DNA of 64,000 nucleotides from NCBI RefSeq assembly GCF_006345805.1, contig NC_043011.1:22084464-22148463 (forward strand). Reading direction: 5' to 3'. Origin of the DNA: Octopus sinensis (lineage: Eukaryota). The notes under the pieces were generated by a model. The model ran no database searches. It had not been told where the DNA came from and worked only from the letters and a program-made list of their open reading frames with translations. Positions 12,268-28,216 of this stretch are shown piece after piece (the first letter of the stretch is position 1; each line of letters opens with the position of its first letter). The position numbers and the translations under genes are program-made.

Positions 12268-13640
12268 ATAGTACAAAATATAAGTACAATTTTTTTTTTT
12301 TAATCTTGTGAAGTGCTGTCTTTTATCTTTTGTTTTACTTGTTTCAACCATTGGGCTGAGACCATGCTGGGGAACCTCTTTGAAGGGTTTCAATTGAACA
12401 AATTAACTCTAGTACTTCTACCTCTGAGAATAATTTAGGATGGTACCAAATAACTATATTTTTTTAACAATATACTCATCCCACCTACTAAATGTTTCAT
12501 AAATATTTATGAGGTTGTTTTCTTTAGCTGTATTAGCATTTTGGGAAACAGGACATATGCATCACAACTTTGAGTAATATTTACCTCAATATCTTGTTGG
12601 TCATTTCACTATTAAAAGTTCTATGTTATTTAACACATTTATATTGGTGGCAGTATGGCTTTATAGTAAGAAGTTCAGTCCCTCTGCATGACCTCTTGGG
12701 CAAGTATCTTCTGCTAAAGCCCATGGGCCAACCAAGTCCTTGTGAGTGGATTTAATGATAGAAACTGGATAAAAGCCCATTGTGTGTGTGTGTGTGTTCT
12801 TGTCTTGACATCATGTGATAGGTGTGAAATTGTTGGTAATGTCATACAAGCAGTGTCATTCATTTCCAATATTCTGCAAGACTATGTCCGACCATTGGGA
12901 AATATTACCTTGCTTGAAAATTGGTGAGGTTGGCAACAGAAAAGACATCCATCCATAGAAAATCTACCTCAATGAACCCCATCAAACCCATGCATATATG
13001 AAAAAGTGAATGTTAAATTGATGATGTTGTTGACATTTTTCAATAAATTATGCATATTATTAGTAATGTTTGTTATTATTTGTGTATGCTGCTGAGCTCT
13101 CATCCCACCAAGGTCAGCTTTGCTTTTTATTCTTTTAGAGTCAATAAAATAAATTACTAGTCAAGAATTGGGGTCTATATAATTGACTAATTGTTGACCT
13201 TGTGTCAAAATTTGAAACAATTATTATTTATGTGGATGTGTATGAGGTGGGGGTCTGTACCTGTGTGTGTTCATTTCTGTTTTCTTGAGCTCCAATTTTT
13301 TTTTTTACAACTATTTTTGTTCACAGTTGTAGATCTTGTGCTGATATATATCCATGTATGTAAGGCAGCGAACTGCCAGAATTGTTAGTACACTGGGAAA
13401 AATGCTTCGTGGCATTTCATCTGTCTTTACTCTCTGAGTTCAAATTTCACCAATGTTGACTTTGTCTTTCTTCCATTCAGGGTCCATTCCCCAAAAATTT
13501 CAGGCCTTATGCCTAGAGCAGAAAGGATATATATATCCATACATACATTATCATCTTCATAATGTCTGGGGGTGAGGGAGTCCCCATTGTTACTTTTTTT
13601 ATTAGTTGTCACATTAACACATTCTCTTTTAAAATCTCAG

Positions 13641-13775
13641 GTTGATTTCAAAGACATGATTATGACTAAACCGAACAAACGCATCATTAGACGAAGCTTC
13701 CAGGATGGAATCTGGTTACAATATAAAACTTCTCCTCATCAACTACAGTTGCATGCTAAAATTAATCGTCTCCAG
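13641..13775 (+). CDS. VPS13: VPS13 exon 9 (second half of WWE-like domain)
   Basis: ctcag|GTT...CAG|gtaagc; VDFKDMIMTKPNKRIIRRSFQDGIWLQYKTSPHQLQLHAKINRLQ. Confidence 0.95.
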
Positions 13776-13802
13776 GTAAGCCATGACTCTGCTACTTTTT
13801 AA

Positions 13803-14023
13803 CCCTTTTGATACCAACCCACCTGAGAACCACCTCTCATTTGATGAATCAATCTTCTTGTTTTAAAGTGATCGAAGTTAAAACCTACCATCAAAATTTC
13901 TTGTTAATTTATGTTCCATAAACCTGATTAATAATGACACTTATTTCACTGAATTCTCCATCATTCTCAAAATTAATTGAAACAAAAACAGTATAGTTTA
14001 ACAAAAATTTGGTAACAATAGGG
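13803..14023. mobile_element. TTAA-type MITE, second family
   Basis: TTAA-CCCTTTTGATACCAA...TTGGTAACAATAGGG-TTAA. Confidence 0.75.
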
Positions 14024-14799
14024 TTAATACATTCTTAGCTTTTTCTTTTTCAACCACCCACCTATTTCTTTAACCCTTCCAATACAATATCACTTGAGAC
14101 AGCCTTTGACACTCTGATACCAATTTACCTAAAATTATTTGTATCAAAATTTACATATTTAAATTAAAAATGTCAACTGATATTTTACCTCATAAGCAAT
14201 AACAACAGATTTGAGGAAGTAAAACTTAAAATTGTATTTTTTTTTTAAATCACCTATCTACTAACCTCATCTTTAGTGTATGTTTTTACTTCTACATTTA
14301 CATTATGTTTGAATCTGACTAATCTCTGACATCATCAGGTGTCTTATTCCTGAATATGTACTTAGTCCTAGACTAGAAATATGTATTTGTAAATTTATCC
14401 TTTGCCTTTCCTGTGTATTACATATGATACACAACATATTTCTATGGTGTCCATGCATCATATATGATACACATTCTCTTAGGACTTATGAAAAAGTTTT
14501 ATATGACTTAGGATGTATGAAACAAGAGCTAACTTTAAGTCTGAAAACAAGCATGGACATTGAGGACAAATTATAAAAATGCTTTGGACTGGCAGGGGTT
14601 AAGATTAATAACATTTTTAATGTTATTAATGACTCATTATCTTAAAACAACCATTTTAAATTCTGGATTATTTCAAAAAATTTATTGAAACATAATAATT
14701 CATCTGTTGTTATTAGAAATATAATCATATAAGAATTAAAGAATAATCATTATTGTACTAGTTCTTTGCTAATCTTCATAATCTGATTTTCTATTTCAG

Positions 14800-14881
14800 T
14801 TGGATAACCAAATCAGTGGAGCAGTTTTTCCAACTGTTTTGGCACCAATTCCACCTCCAAAATCTGTAGCAGCTGATAGTG
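14800..14881 (+). CDS. VPS13: VPS13 exon 10
   Basis: ttcag|TTG...G|gttagt; LDNQISGAVFPTVLAPIPPPKSVAADS (conserved QxDNQ...FP motif). Confidence 0.95.
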
Positions 14882-16125
14882 GTTAGTGAATATAAAACAT
14901 TTCAGTTTTTCTTTTTTTTTCATTTATTTATTTGTTTATTCATGTATTTGTGAAGGTACATGGCCTAGTAGATAGTATGTTGCTCTCATGATCACAAAAT
15001 CATGGTTTCATTTCCCAGACTGGTGGTACATTGTGTTCTTGAGCAACACTCTTTGTTCCATACTGCTCCAGTCTGCTCATCTGTAAATAGGTAACTCTAC
15101 AATGGACTGGTGTTCCATTCAGAAGAATTTCAGTCTTCCCACCTAGTCAGCAGGATGGCATCATTCAAATGCTCCATTTTGATGAAAGATATTGTGATAT
15201 CAATGTAAAACAACAGCTGACAGTCAGATCAGTACAGTGATACAGTGATTCATGTATTTGTAATATTGGTTTCAAATTTTGGCACAAGAACAGCAAGTTC
15301 AGGAGAGGGGTAAATCAATTATATCGACTGGTGCTTATTTCATCAACCCTCAAAGTTTGTAATGCAAAGTTGACCCTAACGGCATTTGAACTCAGAACGT
15401 AAAGTCAGACAAAATGCTACTAAGCATTTTGCCTGGCATGCCAACAATTCTACCAGCTGCCATCTTCATGTGTTTGTAATATTGCAATTCTCAAAGCCAT
15501 TTTTGCACCACAACCTGACCTCCCTCCACCTCCCGGAGTAATCAGAATAACTGAATGAGTTTAGTGTAGTTGATATTTGAATGAGATTGCACAATGGCAT
15601 AGGATAAAACAGCATTCTTTTCCAAATCACATTAAAATTGGTTGTGTCGATTTTGCACTGTTGCACTACAGTGTAACTATATGATGTTAAATTTGGGACT
15701 CCATTGATTGCACAATCATTATTATCATCATCATTTAACATCCGTCTCCCATGCTGGTATCAGTTGGACATGAATATTGTACTCAACTTAAAACTCTTGA
15801 TTCCATTCAGATTTGCTTCATGTTTTTGTTTTGGTGGGTGGGCTGTTTGTTTTTTTCATGAAGCAGAATATTTATTTTTATGTGCCTCACCTAACAGTCT
15901 AGAATATATACCAGATTATTATAGTAATATTACTTGTGATAGACTACAGTGCCATATGTATATCAAATATTCTCAAGATCATAAAAATCAGTACTGAACA
16001 TTGCTCCTTGTAAGCCTCTCTGCTTTTTAAGAAACATTTACTTCTTTATTTTTACCAAGAATTTAATCATTAAATCATTAAGGTGTATTGATTTGACTTG
16101 GGTTTCCTCCATCTTTTTCTTTCAG

Positions 16126-16195
16126 TTCCTAAACCTTTCACAGAAATCAGTATTATGCAACGAAAACATGAACACAGCAATATTGTTCAAGTCAA
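16126..16195 (+). CDS. VPS13: VPS13 exon 11
   Basis: ttcag|TT CCT...AA|gtaagt; PKPFTEISIMQRKHEHSNIVQV; phase 1/2. Confidence 0.93.
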
Positions 16196-17599
16196 GTAAG
16201 TTGCCTTTCTTTATAGTTTCTGGAATTTGCTTTCTTTACTCTAAACATTTCCGAATTACACCAGTAAACGTTATTATTAGTGAGATCTTTATTTTTATAT
16301 TATAACATTTGAAGCATATATACAGGATGGATTTTCTATTTCAATGATATTTTAAGCAGTTGATATCTTTTTATCATTTACTTATTTCTGCCATTGGACT
16401 GTGGCCATGCTTGGGCATCACCTTGAAGGACTTTAGTCCAAATAAATCAACCCCATACTTATTTGTAAGTCTTGTACTTATTCTAATGGTTTCTTTTGCT
16501 GAACCGCTAAGTTGCAGGACATGAACAATCACTAGTTGTCAAGTTGTGGGGGGCAGGATGCAGAAACAAAAACACACACATGATGGGCTTCTTTCAGTTT
16601 CTATCAGCCCAGAACTACAGCAGAAGACACTTGCCCAAGATACTACACAGCATGACTGAAACCATGTGAATGGGAAGCAAACCTCTTACCCCAATGTTTT
16701 AATTGGCAGAGGCAGTTTAACTACATAAATCTTAAGGATGACTACATTAATTTTTTTCACATGCTACAACATCTTTCTGGTTGTGTATTTCGATAGATAT
16801 ATTTAAATGACATCTTAATTATGGGATTTGCCCTCCTTAACATTGAATGTCAATTATATATCTCTCACCTTCATTTTTTACATATTGAACCTACCCACCA
16901 CAACAGAATTGAGATCCTAAAACCAAACTGCAATATAAAAAGCATTGGTGTGAGTGCTGATGCCACATAAAAAGTACTGGTGCTGATTCCACATAAAAAG
17001 TACTAGTGCTGGTGCCACATAAAAAACACTAGTGATGGTACCACATATAAAGCAACCAGTACATTCTGTAAAATGGTTGGCATTAGGTAGGGCATCCATT
17101 AGTAGAAACCAAGCCTAAACAAATTGTGGAACCTGGTACAGACCCCTGGCCTTGCGAGTTCCTGCCAAGCTGTCCAACCCATGCCAGCATGTAAAATGGA
17201 CATTAAACAATGATAATGATGATGAACACTTATATTTTGTTATTGTTCATTCTTTCTAACTTGAAGCAGTTCTAGATTTCTGTAACAGTATTCATTCATT
17301 AACCCCATGACCTTTATTTTTTATCAAGCAACTAGGTTGCATTGACGATAATCATTTTGGCTGAGATCAGCAATTAGCACATGACAATGGTTCAATATAT
17401 ATTTGCATCAACCGCTTTAACCAGATTACGGCAATGATTCATTCAGCTGCCTGCACACAACAATGGTAATCATACTGCAGCACTCTGTGTGAGATAACAT
17501 TTGGCTTATATTTACATCAATCGCTTTAGTGCAAGTATTACTTATTTACCTAAACTATATCTCTATGCAGGATGCTCATGCAGTATTATTCCTGAATAA

Positions 17600-19495
<1,896 letters not shown>

Positions 19496-19618
19496 TGCTT
19501 TTCATCCTTTCGGGGTTGATAAATTAAGTACTAGTGAAACATTGGGGTCAATGTAATCGACTAGTCCCCTCCCCACAAGTTTCAGGCCTTGTGCCTATAG
19601 TAGAAAGGATTATCATCA

Positions 19619-19650
<32 letters not shown>

Positions 19651-19870
19651 TGCAAAGACTACAATATTCTTGAACCTATTTACTAATCATGTAAAAACCT
19701 TTTCATGCAACAAATAGCTTATAGCTTAATACATTTTATACAATGTAACCTTTTAAGATAGGGTCTTTGGTACAAAATGCATAATTTGGCTATTATCTAA
19801 AAAATTTATTTGGATTCAACCATTAACTACCATATTTAAGCTATATTCCCAAATAATTATTCATTTTCAG

Positions 19871-19979
19871 ATACTTTAAGGTGCTAATTCAAGAGATGTC
19901 TGCAAAAGTGGACCAGAACTTTTTGAATGCTATCCTTCAGCTATTCTCATCTGATGAAGTCATTTCAAACACTGAAGAG
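19871..19979 (+). CDS. VPS13: VPS13 exon 12
   Basis: ttcag|A TAC...GAG|gtattt; YFKVLIQEMSAKVDQNFLNAILQLF...EE. Confidence 0.95.
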
Positions 19980-20296
19980 GTATTTATCTGTTTTTATTTT
20001 TTCAACTTCAGAAGACATTTGCATTTGTGTAGGCAGTAGAGTCATCGAAAAAATGCTAGTGTATACCTATGGTTATGAGTTCAGATCCTATTAAAGTTGA
20101 CTTTGCATTTCACTTCTCCAATTAGATAAAATATTAGTTGGGTACTGGTACTGATCATTAAGTTGTTTAATTATATAGGCGCAGGAGTGGCTGTGTGGTA
20201 AGTAGCTTGCTTACCAACCACATGGATCCAGGTTCAGTCCCACTGCGTGGCACCTTGATCTAATATCAGTAGATTGAAACTGAAAGAAGTCTGAGT

Positions 20297-20340
<44 letters not shown>

Positions 20341-20784
20341 TGTGTATATGTTCAACAGCAGCTCTACATCAAACCACTTACCCTAGATAGTTTCTTCAAC
20401 ACTTTTTTAATAGTTTCTTGCTTCTGTTTACATACTAAACAATCTAACAAAAGGAAATAATTACCAGAGGAAGTTTTTTAGTTATAACTTCTGTTCTGAC
20501 TTAAGACAACTCTTTAGAATGACATTGCTTTAGACAAAATCATTACTACAGAAGTTTTTTTTTTTATTCAGTATGTGAATAGTTTAGCTCTCCACAGTTA
20601 TGAGAACTCATTCTTTCTTTTGCTCTTTGTTTTCTTTCTCTGCATGTTTTGTCTGCTTTCATTCTCTCATTCCCTCCTTTCTCTCTCACACTCTCTCTCT
20701 CTTTTCTCTTTCTTCTTCTTCTTCTTCTCTCTCTCTCTCTCTCAATAATACCTTAACTTAATCTGTATAATATTTTTCCTGTAG

Positions 20785-20904
20785 ACCCGTCTGTTCCTTG
20801 AAGACTGTAAGATAACCCAGACAGAGCTTATTGATGTGGCTGGTGTGTCTCTTGTTGAAGAACAAAAGAACTTCTATGACTACTTACACTTCTCACCTAT
20901 CAAG
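20785..20904 (+). CDS. VPS13: VPS13 exon 13
   Basis: gtag|ACC...AAG|gtaagc; TRLFLED...FYDYLHFSPIK. Confidence 0.95.
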
Positions 20905-21802
20905 GTAAGCTTCTATTTATAATTTCTTTTGTAATCCAGATATGGGAAATGTTAGCTTTTGAAATCATTGTTGTGTGAATTGTCATACCCCAAATACAAA
21001 ACTCTCATTTAAAATTGTAATATTGATATTATTCAATGAAAGAGATTACTTTGCTTTGCAGTACTAACCATGTTCAACAATTACTAGTCCTCTACAAAGA
21101 TTAACAAGACCCACAACTGAGTAATGACCCAATATTTGGGATGGTGAATCTGAATACTAAAGGGTTAATATTAGTGCTTTGAAAATTTTTTAATAAACTA
21201 GGATTAGATATTCTATTTTTTGTTGTAAAAGTTAATGGTTTTAACTAAGTATTATGAAAATAATTGTCAAATTTTCTTGTGAGTAACTATGAGTGATAGG
21301 TTAGTATTTTATTAAAAGAATTCATTCTCCCTCAAGAAAGTTAAGGTAGCACATTTATCCTAACCAGACAACATATGTATAAATTTGTGGTGACCAGTAT
21401 CTAGTGAAAGTTTGCATTCAAATCAAATTCAGTCAGAAACTTGCTCACCAACTTCCTAACTGATCTATAAGAAATGAAACTAATGAATGACAAAAATTTA
21501 TCAGATTTTTATCCAAATCAAACTCATTACTTAAAAAAATACAAAATGAACTTAAATTTAGTGATCAGTGGTTTGTCATTTATAAATCTCATAACCCATA
21601 TCTATTCTATCAATATCTCTGTTATTTCAGGATTGTGTTGTTAGCCACTAGGATATAACCTTCTACTGAGTTTATATCCCAACAGGGTATAAACTCAGTG
21701 GAAACAATTGCCCCAGTGAGAAAACATGCTGCTCATCCAAGTGTGGAAACAAAAATTAATGTAAAAGAGTAAGGAAAAAAAAATTCTTTTCTTTTTTTGC
21801 AG

Positions 21803-21930
21803 ATTCATTTGAGTTTCTCTCTGCAAGGTGGTGGAGAAGATGGTCCAGCAGAAATTAAATCCAACATTCTCAATATTTTCCTCCAGAGTGTTGGTGTTGT
21901 ACTAACTGATGTTCAGGATGTCGTATTCAA
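21803..21930 (+). CDS. VPS13: VPS13 exon 14
   Basis: gcag|ATT...AA|gtaagt; IHLSFSLQGGG...FLQSVGVVLTDVQDVVF. Confidence 0.96.
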
Positions 21931-22643
21931 GTAAGTCTGTTCATTTAATTCTCAAATATTGTTTTATGTTCCACTTACCTTAAAGTTGACTGTTTACTGA
22001 AGGTGAAAGTTAAAAATGTGACAAAAATTTTAAGATATTAATAGCTTGAATGGACACAAGTATGTGTTTCATACATATTTTGTTCTTGGAGAGATCAGTG
22101 GCAGCCTTTCCCAACATGGTATAAACTCAGAATAGGAAATAAATATATATATGTGCATGTGTGTATATACATATATGTGTGTATACCTTATTTAGACACA
22201 AACATATACATTCTAATCTATGTAATAGCTACAAAATTTTCTTTACAAACTTTTTACTGACCTCATTATATAATAAACTGTTACAATTTTATGTCAACAA
22301 CAAAACTCTGATGATCACAGGTAGAACACTACAGATATGCAAATGTAATATAGTAGGAGCTGTGAGTTGCTTTTATGAATATGATTGGTTACTTCCTTGC
22401 CATAAGTCTACTCTAGCAGAGCTCACTGGAACTACTTCAGAGAATAATTTATCTGCTGTAAACAATGTTGTGATAAAGGTTGTTTTTTTTCTCCCCTTAG
22501 AGGAAATAAATTGCTTTTGTTAATCTACACAACAAATTGCCATCTAGATTTCTACCAAATTTCCTTTTGTTTTGATTAAAGAAAATAAAAGGTTTTGAAT
22601 CCAGGACTATGAGTTAATCTACTTCATGTTTCACTTTCTCCAG

Positions 22644-22725
22644 ACTTGGGTATTTTGAAAGAAATCACAGTTTTTATAACCAAAGTCAATTAATTGGTCA
22701 GATGAGTCAACACTATGCTGGACAG
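22644..22725 (+). CDS. VPS13: VPS13 exon 15
   Basis: ccag|A CTT...CAG|gtaaat; LGYFERNHSFYNQSQLIGQMSQHYAGQ. Confidence 0.95.
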
Positions 22726-22980
22726 GTAAATGGCTTATTTTAATTAATTCTTACAGTTTTATTTTAGTTTGTAATTTGTTGTCAAGTTTCTATATTTTTA
22801 TCTGAAAAGTTTTGTAAAATAAATTGCTGATATTTAGTTAAAAAGAAAATTTGTTTGATAGTTTGCCTACATTTGATGATGGCTTAGGCAGATGCTAAAT
22901 TGACACAAGGCGGGGTGGGGTTTATAGTGAGAAAGAGCTGTACATACATCAGATTCACTCTCATTCTTTTATACAAAATA

Positions 22981-23461
22981 CACTCTGTAACAATTTTTTT
23001 TTCTTTGGGTCAGTAAGTGTTATTTCCTAATTGCTTCTATCTAGAAATCAAAGGAAGTGACAACTATTCCCTTCAAACTTTGCTTTTGTGACCTAGACTT
23101 CAATGTTTTCAAATTGACCTATTTTCCATTACATTTCTGACATTCAGTGCTGAGCTGCTGAAGCAGAAATATTGTTATAGCAAATATTCTACTCAGTACC
23201 ACAGATTTGCTTGTCAGTTGCTTTAGCCATTTGAGCATGCCCCTTAGTGGCTGACTACATGTAAATCTCTAACTATGAGCAGGAGTAGTGGGGGAGCATC
23301 ATAGCCATGTGTTGAGAGGGATTCTTTGGAGCTGGAATAAATGTAACAAAAGCAAAGTTTGAAGATAACATTAACCATTTTTCATACTTTCATACTTTCT
23401 AGGGATAAGCAAATAGGAAATAACAGTTGCTTCCCAAGGATAAAAATCATATTACACAGTG
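22981..23461. mobile_element. TA-flanked Tc1/mariner-type MITE
   Basis: TA-CACTCTGTAA...TTACACAGTG-TA with imperfect subterminal IRs; partial related copy at ~38030-38256. Confidence 0.6.
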
Positions 23462-24452
23462 TAATCTGAGAACACAAGAGATTTCCAAAATAGCTAAAGG
23501 ATTTCCAGGCTTTACAGTACCATCTAACTTGGTTGGCTATCCCAGCCATAAAACATCATTCTAGATATTTGCCCTGCATCATGACTTGTAGCCTAGCATG
23601 ACAATATGTTGGTACCTGCACCAGTTGTCCCTATTACCTGCTGCCACAAACTTTGAAGCTGTAGATTACTTATTTCTTCTTTGACTAATTACAATGAAAT
23701 GAGAACATGCTACTAAATATACACACCCATATATAATGTGCTTATGTAAACATTATTTGATTATCATTGACTCACTTGAGTTCATCTGCCCTTTGATAGA
23801 TCATCCTACAGGATGTCCACAATCACCTTCCTCACTAAGCAAGTGGGTTTGTCTGTTTATTAACCAACAACTTGACTATGCAATAGTCTGTATTGGGTTA
23901 CATGTTAGCAGTATATTGGTTGATCATGTTTGATTGTATTAACCCAATGTATGACTGGTACTTATTTTATTGGTTCCAGAAAATGACAATGCGAACCCTA
24001 CTAAGATTTGAACTCAGAATGTAAAAGAATATAATTACCATATTCGATTGAATAAAAGATGCACAAGCATATTAGATGAGACGCACCCCCAACTTCAGCT
24101 GCTCATATTCAAGAGATAACTTTGGAGTGTATTAAAGCATGTGATATTTAAAACAACTTCACATACAAGACTTAAAATGATTTTTTTTTAGACATTTTTA
24201 GGAAAAAAGTGTATCTTGTAAGCCATCAGATGCAGTAATTGATGCAAAGCACTTGTTCACCACTCTATAGAATCTCAGTCTCTACCACACCATTGACTTG
24301 TAATCAATTAATTAACTAACTAAGAAAAATAAATTAATAACAACTGAATAAATAGTTGAAATAACACATTTATTAGACATAAATCTAAATCCTATTTAAA
24401 CTTAACTCTGTACCTTCCTTCATTGTGATTTGCCATTAAGCTCACTTACTTA

Positions 24453-24671
24453 CCTTTAGCATTCAAACCAGCTATATCCAGCCCAAATATTCTACCTGTG
24501 TCATGTTCATACTGGCCTGATCCAGCCTCTCACACCTACCCGATAATGTCATTGTAAAAATAAACAATCACATCATTGAAATCTCAAAGTTGTGAGATAA
24601 TGCTTGATTAATTCAAAACAATGTAAATAAATGAGCGTTACATTTGACAGAATAATCTGAATGCTAATGGG
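24453..24671. mobile_element. TTAA-type MITE, same family as 8026-8243
   Basis: CCTTTAGCATT...AATGCTAATGGG-TTAA; body is the reverse complement of the 8026 copy. Confidence 0.72.
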
Positions 24672-24935
24672 TTAAAGTTGATAGCAGTTATTCTTTTGTC
24701 ACTGGTACTAATAAGTATTCAATCATAAATAATTATACAAAAAACAAGACCTGTTAATGCTTGTACCGACTTCAGGGCTATCTTGCTAATTTTCTAAACT
24801 GTATAGTTCTAATATTAGATTTCACCAGTTTACCCTTTTCAGTTTGAGAAACAAATTTAAAAACAAGGAATACCTTTAAAAAAGAGTCATATTTTAAGAA
24901 ATACATTTTTTTTGTTTTTTTGTTTTTGTTTTTAG

Positions 24936-25049
24936 GCAATTAAACAAATGTATGTGTTGGTGCTCGGCTTAGATGTCTTAGGCAACCCATTTGGACTGTT
25001 ACGAGGCCTAGGAGAAGGTTTAGAAGATCTCTTCTATGAGCCATACCAG
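24936..25049 (+). CDS. VPS13: VPS13 exon 16
   Basis: ttag|GCA...CAG|gtaata; [21 protein letters not shown]...LFYEPYQ, highly conserved VPS13 C-terminal motif. Confidence 0.98.
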
Positions 25050-25696
25050 GTAATATTGATTTTTTTTTTTGTATTCATATATTGGTTTCAAACTTTGGCA
25101 CAAGGCCAGCAGTTTCAGGGAGAGGGAATAATTTGATTACACTGACTCCGGTGTTCAACTGGTAATTATTTTATCGACCCCAAAAGGCAAAGTTAACCCT
25201 GGTAACATTTGAACTGACTGGTTGTACTCTTATCTACTTTTGTATATAAGACATTTCATCATTTTTTAACATCCACTTTTCTATGCTGGCATGGATATCA
25301 GATGAAATTTCTTGAGGCAGATATTTTATAGTGTGTTGCCCTACCTGTTGCCAGCCCTCACCTATTTCCAAGTCAGTTGGTATCTTCCCATGGCCAGGCA
25401 TGCCCTCATGAGAGGTTGGAAATGAAGGCTACCACCTGTATGGTGGTAACACTTGCTTACAGCTATCACACAATGTTAACAGAAGACAGTAACACATGCA
25501 CATACATACATACATACATGCATACATATATTGAACATGAGAATGAGTGCTCAACACCACATTGGTGGATAAAGATTCTTTTATTTTTGTATTAAGGCTA
25601 CCATTGTTTTAATCCAAACTGGAGATGGACACTTATGTTCTATGTGATAGGCTTGAAAATTGTTGGCGATTTCCTTAACATGAAACCAACGGTAGT

Positions 25697-25737
<41 letters not shown>

Positions 25738-25744
25738 GAAATTT

Positions 25745-25935
25745 TCCCAAAACCACACAAAACAAAAGATCAAGACACGTGTGTAAACAACAAACAGCTC
25801 TATTAATTTAATGCTCGGGAAGTGAGAAAGTCTTTTATATTTCGAGCCTCTGCTTTTCAACAGAAAAGAACGCAGAAATAAACAGAAAGAGACGATTAAA
25901 AAAATTTTAGTGGCTAGCGATCAATCATGGCGGGG
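25745..25935 (-). mobile_element. Decayed Penelope-type terminal-repeat fragment
   Basis: Minus-strand CTGTTGAAAAGCAGAGGCTCGAAATATA resembles the motif at 61430; adjacent to (TA)n. Confidence 0.45.
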
Positions 25936-26645
25936 GCTTTCCGTTTACCAAATCCACTCACAAGGTTTTGACAAGTCTGAGACTATAGTAGAAGACACTT
26001 GCCTATGGTGTCATGCAGTGGGATTAAACCCAGAACCATGTGGTTGGGAAGCAAACTTCTTTATCACACAATCACATCTATATCTATATTGTCTAAGGCA
26101 TTGCTGCTGTTAAACTATTTAGTTTCAAATCACAAATTAATAATTGGTGAAAATCACAGGATTTTTTTCTTCAAATGTCAACTTCTGCTTATAACTGTAT
26201 TTTTTCTTTTTTTTTTTTTTTTTTCATTTGTTAAAACGTTTCATGTATTTTAACCTCTTTATTTGAGCTACTGCAAATGTATTGAAGAGAAATAAAAGAT
26301 ATCAGATAGTATTTTTGTTACTAAATATATTTGAATATGACATTAAGTAGTTTAATGAATTTTCTTTCTTGCAAACTATATTACAAAGCAATAAAACAGT
26401 GTTGTTGCTAATGGAAAGAATCTTCAACTATTCTTATTGCAATTGTATAATGTTCTCACAGGAAATAAGAAAACAGTTATTAATTCCACTTCTTAAATTT
26501 TTGCAGTATTTAAATGTGACAAATATCAAAATATTATAGTGTGTACATGTATTTGTATATGTATCTATTTTTGTTTGTGCATATATGCCTTTTCTTTTTT
26601 GTTTTATATATACATATATTTTTATATATCATTCTTTGTTTTCAG

Positions 26646-26721
26646 GGTGCCATTCAAGGACCAGAGGAATTTGCTGAAGGACTTGCTCTTGGAGTCCGCA
26701 GTTTATTTGGTCATGCTGTTG
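26646..26721 (+). CDS. VPS13: VPS13 exon 17
   Basis: ttcag|GGT...G|gtgaga; [25 protein letters not shown]. Confidence 0.98.
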
Positions 26722-28052
26722 GTGAGATATCAAATATATTATTCTCCAAATTATTTTGACAGTACCAGAAGAGGTACTAGGAAAAAGAATGTTCTGTTTA
26801 TGAGATTTTTCAGAATCTATATAGTACAACGATCAATAAAGACTTTTCTCTTCAGCCTTCAAAGCAGTGAAACAGATTTCAATCTGGCAGTTCAATTCTA
26901 TTTTAAAGTATTCATGTGATAACTGACCAGTTTCATAGTCTTCACATGATAAAATTTTACATAATGGGGTAATGGACCATCTGAGATTATTTAAAAGTAT
27001 CACCAAAGACAACTCACTGCTTGTCTAGCTTAAAGAAAACTAGTTGATGTTATCTAAGTATGATTTTACTAGAATCTTACCTATTATAATTCATAATCTC
27101 CTTTATTACTTGATTTGATTCAATGCATGATGCATTTTATTAACTCAGTATAATTTAATTAAAAAGTCAAGTCAGTAATCTGATCTCATTTTATACATAC
27201 CAGCTAAGGTTCTTAGGAAAGACATGAATGTCACACAATTTCACTCCCTTCTGTAAATTTGTGATGTTTGTGAATGATTTAAAAATTATTATGTAATTGT
27301 AATATTATCAATTTGGGGGTGGCAAACAATGGCTCTTGAAGCTCTTGAAGTTATATATAATAGCATATGAATATTGGATTGAAAAACCCTTCCAGATAGA
27401 AAAAGTTGAAAGATGCCCATGGTAGAATGCCTGTTATACTTACAAGAGATGTGAGTTTGAGTCCCATAGGCAACCTTCAACTTTTTCAACTAAATATTTC
27501 ATCATTATCATTATCATCACCATCATCATTTAATGTCTGTTTTCCATGCTGACATGAGTTAGATGGTTTGACTGGAGTTGATAAGCTGAAGAGCTGCACC
27601 AGGCTCCAGTATGTTTTGGCTTGGTTTCTACAGTTGGAAGCCCTTTCTCATACCAACCACTCTACAGAGTATACTGGGTGTCTTTTATGTGTCACCAGCA
27701 CAAGTGCACTTTACATGTCGCTGACATGGGCGCCTTTTATATGTCACCGGCACAGATGCATTTTACATGTCACCAGCACAGGTGTCTTCTACTTGTCACC
27801 AGCACAGGTGCCTAGCTTTACATGCTTCAAGATCCACTGTTTCAAAACAATTATTTAGTGTTCTTTTGAAACTTAATAAATTTTTATGACATCAACAAAA
27901 TGTCGATTGTTTCTTTTTTTTTAAATTAGAGATTGTTTTGACCTTTAATCAGAGGTCAGACAATCTTTTCTGTTATTTTGCCTCTTAGAGGATATTTGTG
28001 TTCATCAATGCAATTCACACAAACAAACTGATTTTGTCTGTCTGTGGTGTAG

Positions 28053-28216
28053 GTGGTGCTGCGGGTGCCGTGTCAAGAATCACTGGAGCTATGGGAAAAG
28101 GTATTGCTGCCCTCACTTTAGATGATGAATATCAGAAGAAACGAAGAGAAGCTATGAATAAACGCCCTGCCAATGTCCGAGAAGGTTTTGCACGTGGAGG
28201 AAAAGGACTTGTTATG
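28053..28216 (+). CDS. VPS13: VPS13 exon 18
   Basis: gtag|GT GGT...ATG|gtaagt; [32 protein letters not shown]...GGKGLVM. Confidence 0.98.

Noticed and set aside
14074-14598. Possible TTAA-flanked MITE
   Set aside because: Terminal inverted similarity is too weak beyond CCC/GGG
16935-17060. CRISPR-like array of GCTG(G/A)TGCCACATAAAAA repeats
   Set aside because: ~22-nt tandem units with no unique spacers, inside a eukaryotic retroposon 3' region; no cas genes
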